Part shown: positions 32,878 to 43,262 of the stretch, one piece after another
How positions within the stretch are numbered: the stretch's first letter is position 1
How the letters are laid out: each line of letters starts with the position of its first letter
Assembly: GCA_965223905.1 (NCBI GenBank)
Contig: CBDCXV010000011.1
Location: 576,001-640,000 of the forward strand
Direction of reading: 5' to 3'
DNA length: 64,000 nt
Source: Candidatus Latescibacterota bacterium
GTDB lineage: Bacteria > Latescibacterota > UBA2968 > UBA8231
The notes under the pieces: model-generated
Databases searched by the model: none
What the model saw: the letters and a program-made list of their open reading frames with translations, nothing else
Told to the model about the DNA's origin: nothing
Made by a program: the position numbers and the translations under genes

Positions 32878-33564
32878 ATGCTGATATCGGAGATCTTCCA
32901 CACCCTTCAGGGGGAGGGTCGCTACACCGGCGTACCGTGCATCTTCATCCGCACCTCCGGATGCAACCTGAGGTGCTCCTGGTGCGACACCCCCTACACC
33001 TCCTGGAACCCGGAGGGCAGGGACATGAGCGTGGCCGCGATCATGGCGGAAACCGAGGCCTGGAGTGCCGTTCCCTACGCGGTGATCACCGGCGGTGAGC
33101 CGCTTCTGCAGAAAGACCTCGCCCCTCTCGTCGAGGCGTTGAGAGAACGCGGACACCACACCACCATCGAGACCGCAGCGACGATCTTCCAGCCCGAGGT
33201 GCGGCCCGATTTCTTCAGCCTCTCCCCCAAGCTCGCCAACAGCACCCCGGGGCGGCGCCACGCTGCGGAGCGGGCCCTCCATCTGCGCAACAACCGCTTC
33301 GAGCCGCTGTCGCGGTACCTTGAGTCGGGAATCGATCTCCAGTTCAAGTTCGTGCTGCAGGAAGAGGAGGATACGGCCGAGGTGGTGCGCCTCGTCGAGG
33401 AGCTTTCGATCCCCCGGCGCCAGGTATTCCTGATGCCGGAGGGGGTAGACGGCGAGCAGCTGAGGGCCCGCGGGCGCTGGGTGGCCGAGGTCTGCAAGCG
33501 GGAAGGCTTCAGCTACAGCGGCCGGCTGCAGATCGATCTGTGGGGCAACACCCGCGGAACCTGA
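32878..33564 (+). CDS. queE: 7-carboxy-7-deazaguanine synthase (radical SAM)
   Basis: [41 protein letters not shown]. Confidence 0.92.
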   Translation: MLISEIFHTLQGEGRYTGVPCIFIRTSGCNLRCSWCDTPYTSWNPEGRDMSVAAIMAETEAWSAVPYAVITGGEPLLQKDLAPLVEALRERGHHTTIETAATIFQPEVRPDFFSLSPKLANSTPGRRHAAERALHLRNNRFEPLSRYLESGIDLQFKFVLQEEEDTAEVVRLVEELSIPRRQVFLMPEGVDGEQLRARGRWVAEVCKREGFSYSGRLQIDLWGNTRGT

Positions 33565-33726
33565 CGGAACCCAACTGCTGCCCTCCGGTACTTGCACCGC
33601 TCGCAGGAGAAGCCGGAGGAAGTCCGGTTTACAGAGATTTTGACCCTGACTATCTTGCCCGCCTGTCCCTTCTCACGCAGGACCGACGCCCTCGGCGAGC
33701 GCTCACCCCAACCAGCCTGAACCGGA

Positions 33727-34857
33727 ATGCCCGCCACCTACGGCGTGCTGCTTGTCAGCTTCAGCCGCCACAGCCACCAGGACACCTTCGTCCCCCTCTT
33801 CCGCAGCCATCCGCGCCTGCGCATCCTCGCCGTCTCCGACGAAGCGGACATCGAGCCCCATCTGCAGGACCTGAACCGGAAGCGGGCCCGGGAGATCGGC
33901 GTTCCCTATGTCGAGGGGGTTGACGAGGCTCTCGAAATAGAAGGGGTCGACATCGTCAGCATCGGCCACGAGATCGAGCGCCGTTCCGACCTGGCGGTGC
34001 GCGCCGCCCGCGCCGAAAAGCACCTCTGGATCGACAAGTTCATGGGCGGCAACCTCGACGAATGCGACGCCGTCGTCGACGCCGTGGCCCGGTCCGGGGT
34101 CAGGGCGATCGTGCCGAGCTACACCTACGGCACCCTGGTGAGCCGGTGCCGCGAGCTGATCGACAGCGGCGACCTCGGAGAGCTGCTGGGGGTTCACTCC
34201 GATATCCTTTTCTGCAAGGGCTGGCCGGCCCCCGACCTGTCGGTCCCCGACGACTTCCTGCCGGCAGGCCGCTGGAAGTTCCCCGACATCAAGCGCGAGC
34301 TGCTTACGGTCGGGGCCTATTCGGTGGGACTGGTGCAGCGCTGCTTCGGGCCGATCAGGCAGGTGCTGGCCCACGGCGGGGCGCACTTCTTCGCCCAGCA
34401 TACTGCCCACCGCGCCGAGGATTTCGCCACCATGACCCTCGTCGATGCCGGAGGCCGCGTGGCGACCCTGTGCGCGGGAAGGGTCGGGGTGGCCACTCAT
34501 GCGGCCGGAGGGCCGTCGCGAGCCTGGCTCGTCGGCAGCCAGCGCAGCGCCCTGGTAGATGCCAAGCGCCCGCTGCTGGAAACGACGCTCAGCCGGACCA
34601 TCACGGCCTCCGACTACCACCCTCCCGCCGAAGATCCGATGCAGTGGCACACCCCATCGCCGACCACGGCTTCCCCCCTGGTAGACGATCCCTGCCTCGC
34701 CAACGGCCTGGAGGATCTCGTGGCGGCGATCGACGAGGAGCGGCGGCCGCTCTACTCCGTGGCCGAGGCCCGCGACCACATGGAGATCCTTCTCGCCGGA
34801 TACCGCTCCATCGTCGAAAACGGGCCCGTGAGCCTATTGGAAAGGGGTGGCTCGTGA
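33727..34857 (+). CDS. Gfo/Idh/MocA family oxidoreductase
   Basis: Rossmann N-terminus, KHLWIDKF (EKP variant), GDLGEL, C-terminal AGYRS. Confidence 0.8.
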   Translation: MPATYGVLLVSFSRHSHQDTFVPLFRSHPRLRILAVSDEADIEPHLQDLNRKRAREIGVPYVEGVDEALEIEGVDIVSIGHEIERRSDLAVRAARAEKHLWIDKFMGGNLDECDAVVDAVARSGVRAIVPSYTYGTLVSRCRELIDSGDLGELLGVHSDILFCKGWPAPDLSVPDDFLPAGRWKFPDIKRELLTVGAYSVGLVQRCFGPIRQVLAHGGAHFFAQHTAHRAEDFATMTLVDAGGRVATLCAGRVGVATHAAGGPSRAWLVGSQRSALVDAKRPLLETTLSRTITASDYHPPAEDPMQWHTPSPTTASPLVDDPCLANGLEDLVAAIDEERRPLYSVAEARDHMEILLAGYRSIVENGPVSLLERGGS

Positions 34858-35756
34858 GCGGCGCGGTCTGCCTCATCGCTGGCAGAGACCAGCGGCCCCT
34901 CGTCGAGGAGCTCGCCGCGGGCCTGGAGGTCGCCTCCGTCGCCGGCCACGGGCGAATTCCGGGAATTCCCTCGTTCGACACGGTCGACAGCGCCCTGTCC
35001 GCCACTGATGACAACAGAAGGATCGCCTGTTTCCTGTCGCCGTACCGGAACCTCGAGCGCGACGTCGGCGCCGCCCTGGAGGCCGGCTTTCACGTGCTCT
35101 GCCGCGGCCTGCCTGCAACCACTTCAGACGGTCTCGAGGCGGTTCGCGGGACGGCCCGCAAACACGGACTGGGGTTGAGCTGGGGGGGTCTGTACGAGCA
35201 TGGGAGGGCGCATGCGCGGATGCTGAAAGCCAGCGCCGCAGACGACTTCGGCAAGCCGGTCTTCCTGCGCGCCGCGGTCGAAGCTGCGGGGGTTGGAATG
35301 ACGGCGATCTGGTGGGCCCTGGCCGATGCCTGCGACCAGGCTGCGGCCCTGACCCGTTCCGATCCAACGCGCCTCCACGTCACCGCGACCTCGGCGGGCA
35401 GGGTCGCGCACGCGACGGCTACTGTTTCTTTCGCAAATCGCGCTACCGCCCAGCTCTCTGCGATCCGGGCCGGGGCTCCCGAGGGGGATTACCTGTTTCT
35501 GGGAAGCGGTGGAATCCTGACCTACGCCGCCGCGGCCAACCGGGTCGTCGCCTTCGGACCGGGGGGCCAGGAAGTGCGGCAACCGCCCGGCCTGCGACCC
35601 GAACCGGAATGGCTTCGAGCCTTCTGCCGGGCCGTCGTCGAAGGTGTCGCTGTCGAGCCGACTCCCAGCGAGGAAACAGCGGGAGCCCTCGCCCTTCTCA
35701 GGTCGATGCGCAAGGCCCGGCGCTCGGGTGAGGTGGTAGAAGTCCGCCTGCGCTGA
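34854..35756 (+). CDS. Divergent Gfo/Idh/MocA-like protein
   Basis: GTGA overlap with the upstream gene; AALEAGFHVLC, FGKPVFLR, C-terminal ARRSGEVVEV. Confidence 0.6.
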   Translation: MSGAVCLIAGRDQRPLVEELAAGLEVASVAGHGRIPGIPSFDTVDSALSATDDNRRIACFLSPYRNLERDVGAALEAGFHVLCRGLPATTSDGLEAVRGTARKHGLGLSWGGLYEHGRAHARMLKASAADDFGKPVFLRAAVEAAGVGMTAIWWALADACDQAAALTRSDPTRLHVTATSAGRVAHATATVSFANRATAQLSAIRAGAPEGDYLFLGSGGILTYAAAANRVVAFGPGGQEVRQPPGLRPEPEWLRAFCRAVVEGVAVEPTPSEETAGALALLRSMRKARRSGEVVEVRLR

Positions 35757-35777
35757 TTCCCCGGTCCCGCCTGCTCC

Positions 35778-38700
35778 CTATCGGCGGTCCGCCCCGCCTC
35801 GCAGCTGCTGCAGACGTGCCTCCGCCTGCGCCCTCGCTTTCGCCGCGGACTCGATCTTGACCTGCTCGTACCCGCGAATCGAATCGGGTGCCTCGGCGAT
35901 CTCCACCGCCCGGGTGCGATCCCCGGCAGTGGTCCCGGGCCGCGACAACAGCTCGGCCACCTCCTGCAGCAAGCTCCTGTACCATGTCACCAGCTCGCGC
36001 TCGAGCTTCCTGCAGGGGGTGCGGCCGAAGGGATCCCAGCGCGTGGCGCGCAGCCCCCGCAAGGCGCGCAGGCAGGAGAACAGCGGCCGGAACCAGGGGC
36101 CGACGGCGATCTTGCCGACCCGGAAACGCCTCAAGGTGGGGGGATTGAGGTAGTGGGAGATTCTCACCTCCCCGTCGAACATCCCTGCCAGTCGCTCCGC
36201 TGATACCCGGTCGAGGGCGAGCCGCGCCACCTCGTACTCGTCCTTGTATGCCATCAGCTTGTGCAGGTTGAGAATCACCGCCCGGGTCAAAGGCCGCGGC
36301 CGGTCCCCCCGCGGCCCGGCTTCGACGGCGGCGACCGAGCGCACGAAATCGACGTACTCCCTCGCGTACGCCTCGTCCTGGTAGGAAATCAGATCGGCGA
36401 TCCGGGTGCTGAAACGGGCTGCCAGCTCGGCCGGCAGGTCGATCGACTGCAGCGCCTCGTCGTGGAGGGAGCGCTCGCTGTCACTGCCGAGCCTGCCGCG
36501 GCTTTCGCGGATGAGGTCCTCCTCGTCGGGGGCGACCGGGCCGACGTGCGCCTGCATCCGCCCCGGGTCGGCCACGGCAAGGCGGCCCCAGCGGAACGCC
36601 TGAACGTTGGCCTCCACGGCTTTGCCGTTCAGGGCGATGGCCGCCTCTATGGAGGCCGGCCTCAGGGGAAGACGCCCGGCCTGGTACGCCGCTCCCAGCA
36701 GCAGCATGTTGGCGTACAGGCTGTCGCCGAACAGCTTCTCCGCGAGCCAGAAGGTGTCGATGTAGATATTGTCCGACTTGCGGCTGCACTGATCGATCAG
36801 CCCGGCAAGGTGATCCGGATCGGGGAATTTCCCCCCGGGATTCCGGTTCATCCGGGCCGTCGGAATGCGCGTCGAGCTGACCAGGGCGACGGAGCGATCG
36901 GATGAGGCGAACTTCAGGTTCCCGGGCTCGGCGGCGCGCAGCAGATCGAAGCCGAGATACAGGTCCGCGGAACCGGGAAACAGCCGGTTGAACACCGGCT
37001 GGCGGCGGCGGCTCAGGACGATCGGGGCTTCAACCGGGCCGCCCTTCTGCGCCAGGCCGGTGTTGTTCGACAGGTACACGTTGAGCCCGTCGATCATGCC
37101 GGCGTAGGCGACGAGGTGGGCAATCGTCACCACCCCGGTGCCGCCGCGGCCGACCGCGAAGATGGTGTAGTCCTCGGTTCGCAGGTCGAAATCGAGCGCC
37201 GGTTCCGGCAGATCGCGGAGCGGCTCCGGGGTCGCACGGCGCAGCCCCACGGAGTCGGAGCGGGGGGTGACCTTGACGAACGAGGGACATTCCCCGTCGA
37301 CGCAGAGGCCATCCTGGACGCAGCTGGCCTGGCGGATCTGCGTCTTCTCCCCGAATTCGGTCTCCGTACCGTAGAGCGCGGCGCAGCCCTCCGACTGCCG
37401 GTAACAGTCGCCGCACCCCTCGCACAGCCTCTCGTGAACGAGGATGTAGCTCTCGGGCCGCTCGCCCAGACGCCGCCGCCGGCGCCCCTTCTCGGTGGCG
37501 CATTCCTTGTCGAGGATCAGCGCCGTGGTGCCGCCGACTCCCTTGAAATGGGCGAGCGCCTCGGCGTGGCGGTCGAGGCCGAACACGCGGACGTTCTCCC
37601 GGTTCAGAGAGCGGTAGCGCTGCGGCTCCTCGCTGACGATCCCGACCTGCCGCACCCCGAGGGCGAGGAGCTCCCCGGCGACCTCGGCGACGCTGCGCTG
37701 GCCCCCGGGCCGCTGTCCTCCCGTCAAGGCAACGGCGCCGTTGAACAGCAGCAGGAAGGTGATGTTGACGTCCCCCTGCACGCAGCTCTGAACGGCCCCC
37801 CTGCCGCTGTGGAAATAGCTGCCGTCGCCGAGGTACTGATAGCTGTGCCTGTTGCCGTTGAAGGGCGCGGTGCCGCTGTAGATCGAGCCTCCCGCACCCA
37901 TGGTCGGGATGTAGAGCACCCCGTAGTCGTAGGCCTCCATCGCCCGGATCGAGCTGCAGCCGATGGCGCCCCCGGGCTTCTCCCCTTTCAGGTCGCGAAA
38001 GCTGTTGTAGGGACATCCCCCGCACGACATCGGGGCGACCTTCGGGACCTCGGAGTAAGTGCGCCCGAGGATATCCTCCAGCCGGCTGTACAGCGCGGAT
38101 GCCGACGACGGGGCCGAGGGGAGGAGACGCGGTCCCAGCAGCTGGGCGATTCCTTCGGGGTCGACTTCCCCCCAGGAGGGCACGAACGGTTTTCCCTCTT
38201 CGTCGTACTGACCGTACACCCCCTCCACGGACGAGCCCCAGAGGGCGGCTTTCACCCCCTCTTCGACAAAGGGTCCGGGCTCTTCGACAAGGTAGATGGT
38301 CCGCAAGCCGGGGGTGCGGGCGAATTCGCGGATGATCTCCTGGTCGAGCGGGTAGGTCACCGACAGCTGCAGCACCGGGACCTCGGCGCCGAGGATCTCC
38401 AGCGCCTGTCTGACGTCGGGGAAGGACTTGCCGGTGGCGATGATGCCGGCCGCGGCCGGGCGGGTGCCGTTGGCCGGGTGAATCCGGTTGAGCCGGTTGA
38501 GCCGGACGTACTCCTCGACCAGGGGGAGCTTCTCCTCGACCAGCTCCTTCTGCATCGGCAGCGCCCCGAGGGCCATGACGATCGGGTTGAACCGCTTCTC
38601 GAAGTCGTCCCCCGGCAGGTGTATGTCCGGGCGTACCTCGTCGAGACGGACCGTTCCGGCGCCGTCGCAGAGCGGGGTCGCGAGCTTGAGCGCCGTCACC

Positions 38701-39302
38701 ACCCCGAGGTGGCGGGACAGGTGGATGGCGTGCATCCCGAGGCTGAGGATCTCCTCGATGCTGGCCGGGTAGAAGATCGGAACCATGCTGCCGCGCAGGA
38801 CCCAGTCGCTGCTGCCCGGGGATACCGAGCTCTTCGAACGGTGGTCCTCCCCGCACAGGAGCACCATCGATCCGCTGCCGCTGGTACCGGCGAGGTTGGC
38901 GAGCCAGACTTCGTCCGGGATCCACATGGTGCCGTGCGCCTTGCCGTACCAGAAGGCGTCGACGTCGGCCGAGGGTGCGTACTGGGTACCGAGCATGGCC
39001 GAGGCCGCGGTCTTCTCGTTGATGCCGAACTGGTGTACCGTGCGCCCGCGCCGGTTCAGGACCTCGAGCTGGGAGACGATTTCGAGGTCCAGCCCTCCCA
39101 GAGGCGACCCCTCGTACCCGGAGACGTACGTCTGGTTGACTGCGCCGGCCCCCGACTGCTGCTCGTCGCGGCGCTGCTTCTCCACCAGCAGGCGCACGAT
39201 CGCCTCGATGCCGGTGAGAAAAACGGTGCCTTCCTCCAGCTCGTACTTGTCCTCGATCCTCGTATTGGCAGGGATGATCCGGGTCCTTTCTGCTTGTTTC
39301 AA
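35778..39302 (-). CDS. Indolepyruvate:ferredoxin oxidoreductase family protein, fused alpha/beta subunits
   Basis: SGYEGSPLGG, WYGK, CGGCP, TPP motif GDGSYFHSG, CEGCGDC ferredoxin motif, GGTGVVT, TGLAQKGG, KLMAYKDEYEVARL. Confidence 0.93.
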   Translation of the reverse strand: MKQAERTRIIPANTRIEDKYELEEGTVFLTGIEAIVRLLVEKQRRDEQQSGAGAVNQTYVSGYEGSPLGGLDLEIVSQLEVLNRRGRTVHQFGINEKTAASAMLGTQYAPSADVDAFWYGKAHGTMWIPDEVWLANLAGTSGSGSMVLLCGEDHRSKSSVSPGSSDWVLRGSMVPIFYPASIEEILSLGMHAIHLSRHLGVVTALKLATPLCDGAGTVRLDEVRPDIHLPGDDFEKRFNPIVMALGALPMQKELVEEKLPLVEEYVRLNRLNRIHPANGTRPAAAGIIATGKSFPDVRQALEILGAEVPVLQLSVTYPLDQEIIREFARTPGLRTIYLVEEPGPFVEEGVKAALWGSSVEGVYGQYDEEGKPFVPSWGEVDPEGIAQLLGPRLLPSAPSSASALYSRLEDILGRTYSEVPKVAPMSCGGCPYNSFRDLKGEKPGGAIGCSSIRAMEAYDYGVLYIPTMGAGGSIYSGTAPFNGNRHSYQYLGDGSYFHSGRGAVQSCVQGDVNITFLLLFNGAVALTGGQRPGGQRSVAEVAGELLALGVRQVGIVSEEPQRYRSLNRENVRVFGLDRHAEALAHFKGVGGTTALILDKECATEKGRRRRRLGERPESYILVHERLCEGCGDCYRQSEGCAALYGTETEFGEKTQIRQASCVQDGLCVDGECPSFVKVTPRSDSVGLRRATPEPLRDLPEPALDFDLRTEDYTIFAVGRGGTGVVTIAHLVAYAGMIDGLNVYLSNNTGLAQKGGPVEAPIVLSRRRQPVFNRLFPGSADLYLGFDLLRAAEPGNLKFASSDRSVALVSSTRIPTARMNRNPGGKFPDPDHLAGLIDQCSRKSDNIYIDTFWLAEKLFGDSLYANMLLLGAAYQAGRLPLRPASIEAAIALNGKAVEANVQAFRWGRLAVADPGRMQAHVGPVAPDEEDLIRESRGRLGSDSERSLHDEALQSIDLPAELAARFSTRIADLISYQDEAYAREYVDFVRSVAAVEAGPRGDRPRPLTRAVILNLHKLMAYKDEYEVARLALDRVSAERLAGMFDGEVRISHYLNPPTLRRFRVGKIAVGPWFRPLFSCLRALRGLRATRWDPFGRTPCRKLERELVTWYRSLLQEVAELLSRPGTTAGDRTRAVEIAEAPDSIRGYEQVKIESAAKARAQAEARLQQLRGGADRR

Positions 39303-39423
39303 GTCAGTATATGGCCCCCTGTACAGGGCGGCAAGGAACTGCGAACCAGGGCAACTGCGGGCAGGGCAAGCATGTCGGCGGCAAAGTTTGCCCCGCCGCC
39401 GGGGGAGCCGTTAATTAGAATTC

Positions 39424-39711
39424 ATGGCTGAAACAGTAGATGAACTGACGATTCAGTACGAAGAAGACGGGAAGGTTTTGCGCAAGCAGCTCGACAAGGA
39501 GGTGCTGAGCAAGGGATCCTGGACGACGATCATGTTTCTCTACCAGGATCTCGATCGCAAATCCGGCGAATACGGCCCGCAGAAGGTGTCGATCAGGCGC
39601 TACCAGAAGCGCGACGGATCCTACCTGCCCCGCAGCAAATTCGAGATCTCGAGCCCCAGGCAGGCCCTGGCGATTCGCGACAAGATCGGGAACTGGTTCC
39701 CCGAAGACTAG
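39424..39711 (+). CDS. Hypothetical 95-aa protein
   Basis: Clean ORF with protein-like composition (SKGSWTTIMFLYQ, IRRYQKRDG, SKFEISS). Confidence 0.8.
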   Translation: MAETVDELTIQYEEDGKVLRKQLDKEVLSKGSWTTIMFLYQDLDRKSGEYGPQKVSIRRYQKRDGSYLPRSKFEISSPRQALAIRDKIGNWFPED

Positions 39712-39870
39712 AGCCTACGCACGCAATTTCGGGGGGAATCGGGTCGGCGCTGCATCACGGCGCGCGGCATGGCCCGTTCGCAGTATTCCCCCCCCGTATG
39801 GCTCCATCGCGCACCTCGCCGGCAGGGTTCCCGGGGCCTTCGATTCCCCAAGCTGTTCCCGGAACACCCA

Positions 39871-41011
39871 CTACACCTCCGTGCGCACGACGTCGATCGG
39901 CACGCGGTGCCAGCCGGTGCGGCCGTCGTAGAGATCGGCCCCCTTGTCTTCGGCCGGCTGCCTGTCCCCGGCGTTGTCGGTGGCCCGGGCGACAATCTCG
40001 TAGCGGCCCGAGGGCGGCAGAGGCCACTCGTAGCGCCAGGCTGTCCAGACGTTTTCGCGCGGGTGGTTGAGTACCTGCGCCTCTTCCCAGGTAGCCCCGC
40101 CATCCGTGCTCACCTCGACGATGTCGACCTTGCGCTCCCCGGCCATGGCGATCCCGTGTATGGAGAACACCGTGTCGGCATCCCCGCGTATGGTCTGCAG
40201 GCGCATTGTGACCCCGCCGTTGGCCGGATCCTTGACGTCGTCCCACAGCGACAGCGGCGAATCGATTCGCGAGTTGATGGTGGCGATCGCGTCGTCCGAC
40301 CATTTGAACGGCTTGTTCTTCGGCTTGCTCTCCCAGTAGCCCAGGTAGACCTCGTCGATCAGCTCGATTCGCGTGATCCACTTCGGCATCTTCTGGCCGT
40401 AGTGACCCGGGTTTATCAGGCGCACCGGGAAGCCGTGCTTCGACGGCAGCACCTCGCCGTTCATCTCCCACACCAGCAGACATTCCTCCCGCAGCGCCCG
40501 CTCCAGCGGGATGGAGGTCGTGTAATCGTCGACGCTGTAGAACTTCACGCGGATGGCGTCCTCGCCGACACCGGCCATGTCGAGCAGGTTGCTCAACGGG
40601 GTGCCTCCCCATTCGGCGTTCCCCACCAGGGGCCCGCCGATCCAGTTCCCGATGCACTGCATCGTCATCGTCTGGCGCACCAGCGGCATGGAGGTGATCG
40701 CCTCATAGGCCAGCGACTCCACCGCGTTGTCGACCAGCCCGTCGACGCGCAGGCTCCAGTTGGCCGCGTCGATCTTCGGGTCGTAGTTCTGCCCGTTGAT
40801 CGACTGCAGGTAGAAGCGGCTGTTCGGGGTGATCCTGGCCTCCGGCATCTCCTCCATCGGGGTGTCGGGGGGCATGTCCATGGGCGGTGCGGTGGGCATC
40901 TCCCGGAAGGTCACCTTGTTGCTGTCGCACCCCCACTGCGGGACCAGCGCCGAAATGGCGACCACTACCGCTCGATTGCAGAAAACGCCGGCGGCTCTGT
41001 TGCTTCTTCAT
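39871..41011 (-). pseudogene. Sulfite oxidase family molybdopterin oxidoreductase; Tat signal separated from the body by a frameshift at about 40970
   Basis: Body has MQCIGN (Mo-Cys), MNGEVLPSKHGFPVRL, KMPKWI, RATD. MKKQQSRRRFLQSS from ATG 41011 is in a different frame from VVAISALVPQWGC. Confidence 0.8.
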
Positions 41012-41034
41012 TTCATTCCCTCTCCCGCGTTGCA

Positions 41035-41874
41035 TCAGTAACTGCAGGAAACGCCGATGCCGAGGGAGGCACCGGCGCCGATGTTCTCTCCGGAAATCGT
41101 GCGCTCGGCCAGAACGTCTACCCAGAAGGGGCCCTGGAGGTTCCAGGCCGCGTTCAGGCCGGCCTTGGCGAAATCCCCTTCCGACACCTGGACCGAGCCC
41201 CCGACCACGCCGAGATCCTCGGTGTCCTCGCTCACCCGGGTGTCCTTGCCCTCGACGTACGCCTTCGCGAACAGCCTGGGATGCGGAGTAACGCCGACCT
41301 CTACAAACCACGGTACCTGGTTGGAGTACTCGCCCCCGCGCATCCGGTACCCCCCCTCCAGTCCGACGTACAGCGGCAGCGGATACAGCGAGCGGGCGGC
41401 CAGGATGCGCACTTCGGCGTCGATCTTCCCGGTTCCGAACGGGGGATCGTAGTCGGCGTGGTATCCCGTGGGCAGCTTGAAGGTCACTAACGGAGAAAGG
41501 ACGACGGGGCCGTCTGTCAGCTGGTACCTGGCCCCGATGTCGACGTCGCCGATCCCCCTCGTCTCCCTCTGCACCAGCCGGTTCTCCGACACCAGGACTC
41601 CGGCGTTCGCCTGCGCGATAACGGTGAGGCGGTGACGGAGCCCGTACTCGGCGTAGAGAAACCCCTGCGAGCCGTCGAAGGAATCGTTCTCCTCCCCCAT
41701 GGGCTGGCGGTCTCCCATGTCGTTGTAGACCTCGTCCGACGAGTAGGAAATGCCGGAAAACTTGAGGTAGAGGCTTCCCTTTTCCTGGCTCCAGGCACCG
41801 GCGAAAAGCGGGGGGGCCGCCGCCGCCAGCGCCAGGAAAGCCAGCGCCGCGGGAAAACCTCGGCGATCGAGCAT
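41035..41874 (-). CDS. Secreted or outer-membrane beta-barrel-like protein
   Basis: Signal peptide; LYAEYGL, GIGDVDIGARY, KLPTGY; aromatic C-terminal residue; alternative starts 41883/41889. Confidence 0.7.
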   Translation of the reverse strand: MLDRRGFPAALAFLALAAAAPPLFAGAWSQEKGSLYLKFSGISYSSDEVYNDMGDRQPMGEENDSFDGSQGFLYAEYGLRHRLTVIAQANAGVLVSENRLVQRETRGIGDVDIGARYQLTDGPVVLSPLVTFKLPTGYHADYDPPFGTGKIDAEVRILAARSLYPLPLYVGLEGGYRMRGGEYSNQVPWFVEVGVTPHPRLFAKAYVEGKDTRVSEDTEDLGVVGGSVQVSEGDFAKAGLNAAWNLQGPFWVDVLAERTISGENIGAGASLGIGVSCSY

Positions 41875-41899
41875 GGAAGGCATTTTCATCACACCGGAA

Positions 41900-43222
41900 T
41901 CACTCCTCCTTTTCGGGATCAATGCTGCTGCCGTTGCGGATGCGGTCGTAGAAGGCGATCAGCTTCCGGGACTCGAGCCCCCAGTTGTAGCGCTCCTCGA
42001 CCAGGGCCCGGCCCCGGTGTCCCTTTTCTGCCGCGGCGGCAGGAGCTTCCAGCAGTCGCGCGATCTCCCGCGCGTGAGCCGCCGGATCCGACGGGTCGGC
42101 GATCGCTCCCCAGTCCCCCTCCTCGTAGAAGGCCCTGATGGAAGGCAGGTCGCTGGCGACCACCGGGATTCCGCAGGCAAGGTACTCGAAAAGCTTGGTA
42201 GGGATGAAGGGAGCGAGGTTCTTCACGGAAACCTGGCCGGGAATCAAGCCGATCCGGTGGCGCCGGATCTCCTGCCCGAGACGGTCGTAGGGGACCAGCT
42301 CCTGCTGGCAGAGGATGCGGTTCTGCAGACCGCAGGTTTCCAGGCGGCCGCGGAAGTTCGCCTCGTCCTGCCCGGTGTGGAAGCGGCCGATGGCGCGCAG
42401 CCGGACCCCGGGATGCGTCTTCCCGAGCTCGCGCATGACGTCGACGAGGAAATCGCTGCCGCGGTCGGCCGACAGGGATCCGAGGTGAAGGAGCTCGCAC
42501 TCCTCCGGATGTCCGCTCTCGGCGAGGCGGCCGTTGGCTTGGAACCATTCGAGGCGGGGAAAGTTCTTCACCGCGGCGAACGGCCGGTGGCCGAACCTGC
42601 TCCCCTGTTCCTCGACCACCCCGAGCACGCCGCTGAGATGCCTTGCAATGAAGCGCTCCAGGCGGTCGAGGGCGGCCGCTAGCGAACCGCGAAGCATTCC
42701 GGGGACCCAGCGGCGAACGTACGCCGTCTGGGGGAAATGCTCGTGGCAGTCGTAGATGACCTCGCTCCCCATCAGGCGCAACAGCAGCCCGAGCGGCAGC
42801 AGCTCGGGATCGTGGAAGTGGTAGATGTCGGCGCGCATCGAAGCGGCCTTGCGGAACAGCCTGAGGGCGTTGCCGAGGCGCCCGGAAAACCCGCGGCCCC
42901 GCGGAACGGTCACCACCCGCACTCCCTCGCGCACCCCCTCCATGTCGCGAGAACCCGGGCCCGCCACGCAGACCTCGTACCCGGCTGCAGCCAGGCTGAA
43001 GGCCTCCTTGTAGTAGATACGCTGGTCCAGCGGGCTGTGCACGTTGGTCAGCTGGCAAACCTTGGCCGCCCGTTGAAAATGTCCATCTGGGCTACGGGCC
43101 CTGACGGCCTCGGACCCTTCGGCTACGGAACGCTCGGAAGGGCCTTCCGTAGCCGGCGTTGCGCCCCCTCCCCGGATCCCCTGCGATTCGACCCGGTTGC
43201 GCGCCTTGTCTTCGGCGGCCAT
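41900..43222 (-). CDS. Glycosyltransferase family 4
   Basis: VHSPLDQRIYYKE, YHFHDPEL, YDCHE, PTKLFEYLACGIPVVASD, YNW. Confidence 0.92.
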   Translation of the reverse strand: MAAEDKARNRVESQGIRGGGATPATEGPSERSVAEGSEAVRARSPDGHFQRAAKVCQLTNVHSPLDQRIYYKEAFSLAAAGYEVCVAGPGSRDMEGVREGVRVVTVPRGRGFSGRLGNALRLFRKAASMRADIYHFHDPELLPLGLLLRLMGSEVIYDCHEHFPQTAYVRRWVPGMLRGSLAAALDRLERFIARHLSGVLGVVEEQGSRFGHRPFAAVKNFPRLEWFQANGRLAESGHPEECELLHLGSLSADRGSDFLVDVMRELGKTHPGVRLRAIGRFHTGQDEANFRGRLETCGLQNRILCQQELVPYDRLGQEIRRHRIGLIPGQVSVKNLAPFIPTKLFEYLACGIPVVASDLPSIRAFYEEGDWGAIADPSDPAAHAREIARLLEAPAAAAEKGHRGRALVEERYNWGLESRKLIAFYDRIRNGSSIDPEKEE

Positions 43223-43262
43223 GACCCGGCCTCGCCTGCAGAGCAACTTAATCAATGGGCTG

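Noticed and set aside
31815-33564. folE plus queE as a dpd-type 7-deazaguanine DNA-modification island
   Set aside because: No dpdA/tgt-like, queC, queD or helicase genes nearby; housekeeping context.
41008-41016. ATG AAA TGA in frame with the molybdoenzyme, suggesting selenocysteine read-through
   Set aside because: The TGA is at codon 3, not at the catalytic Cys, and the Tat motif in the other frame explains the region better.
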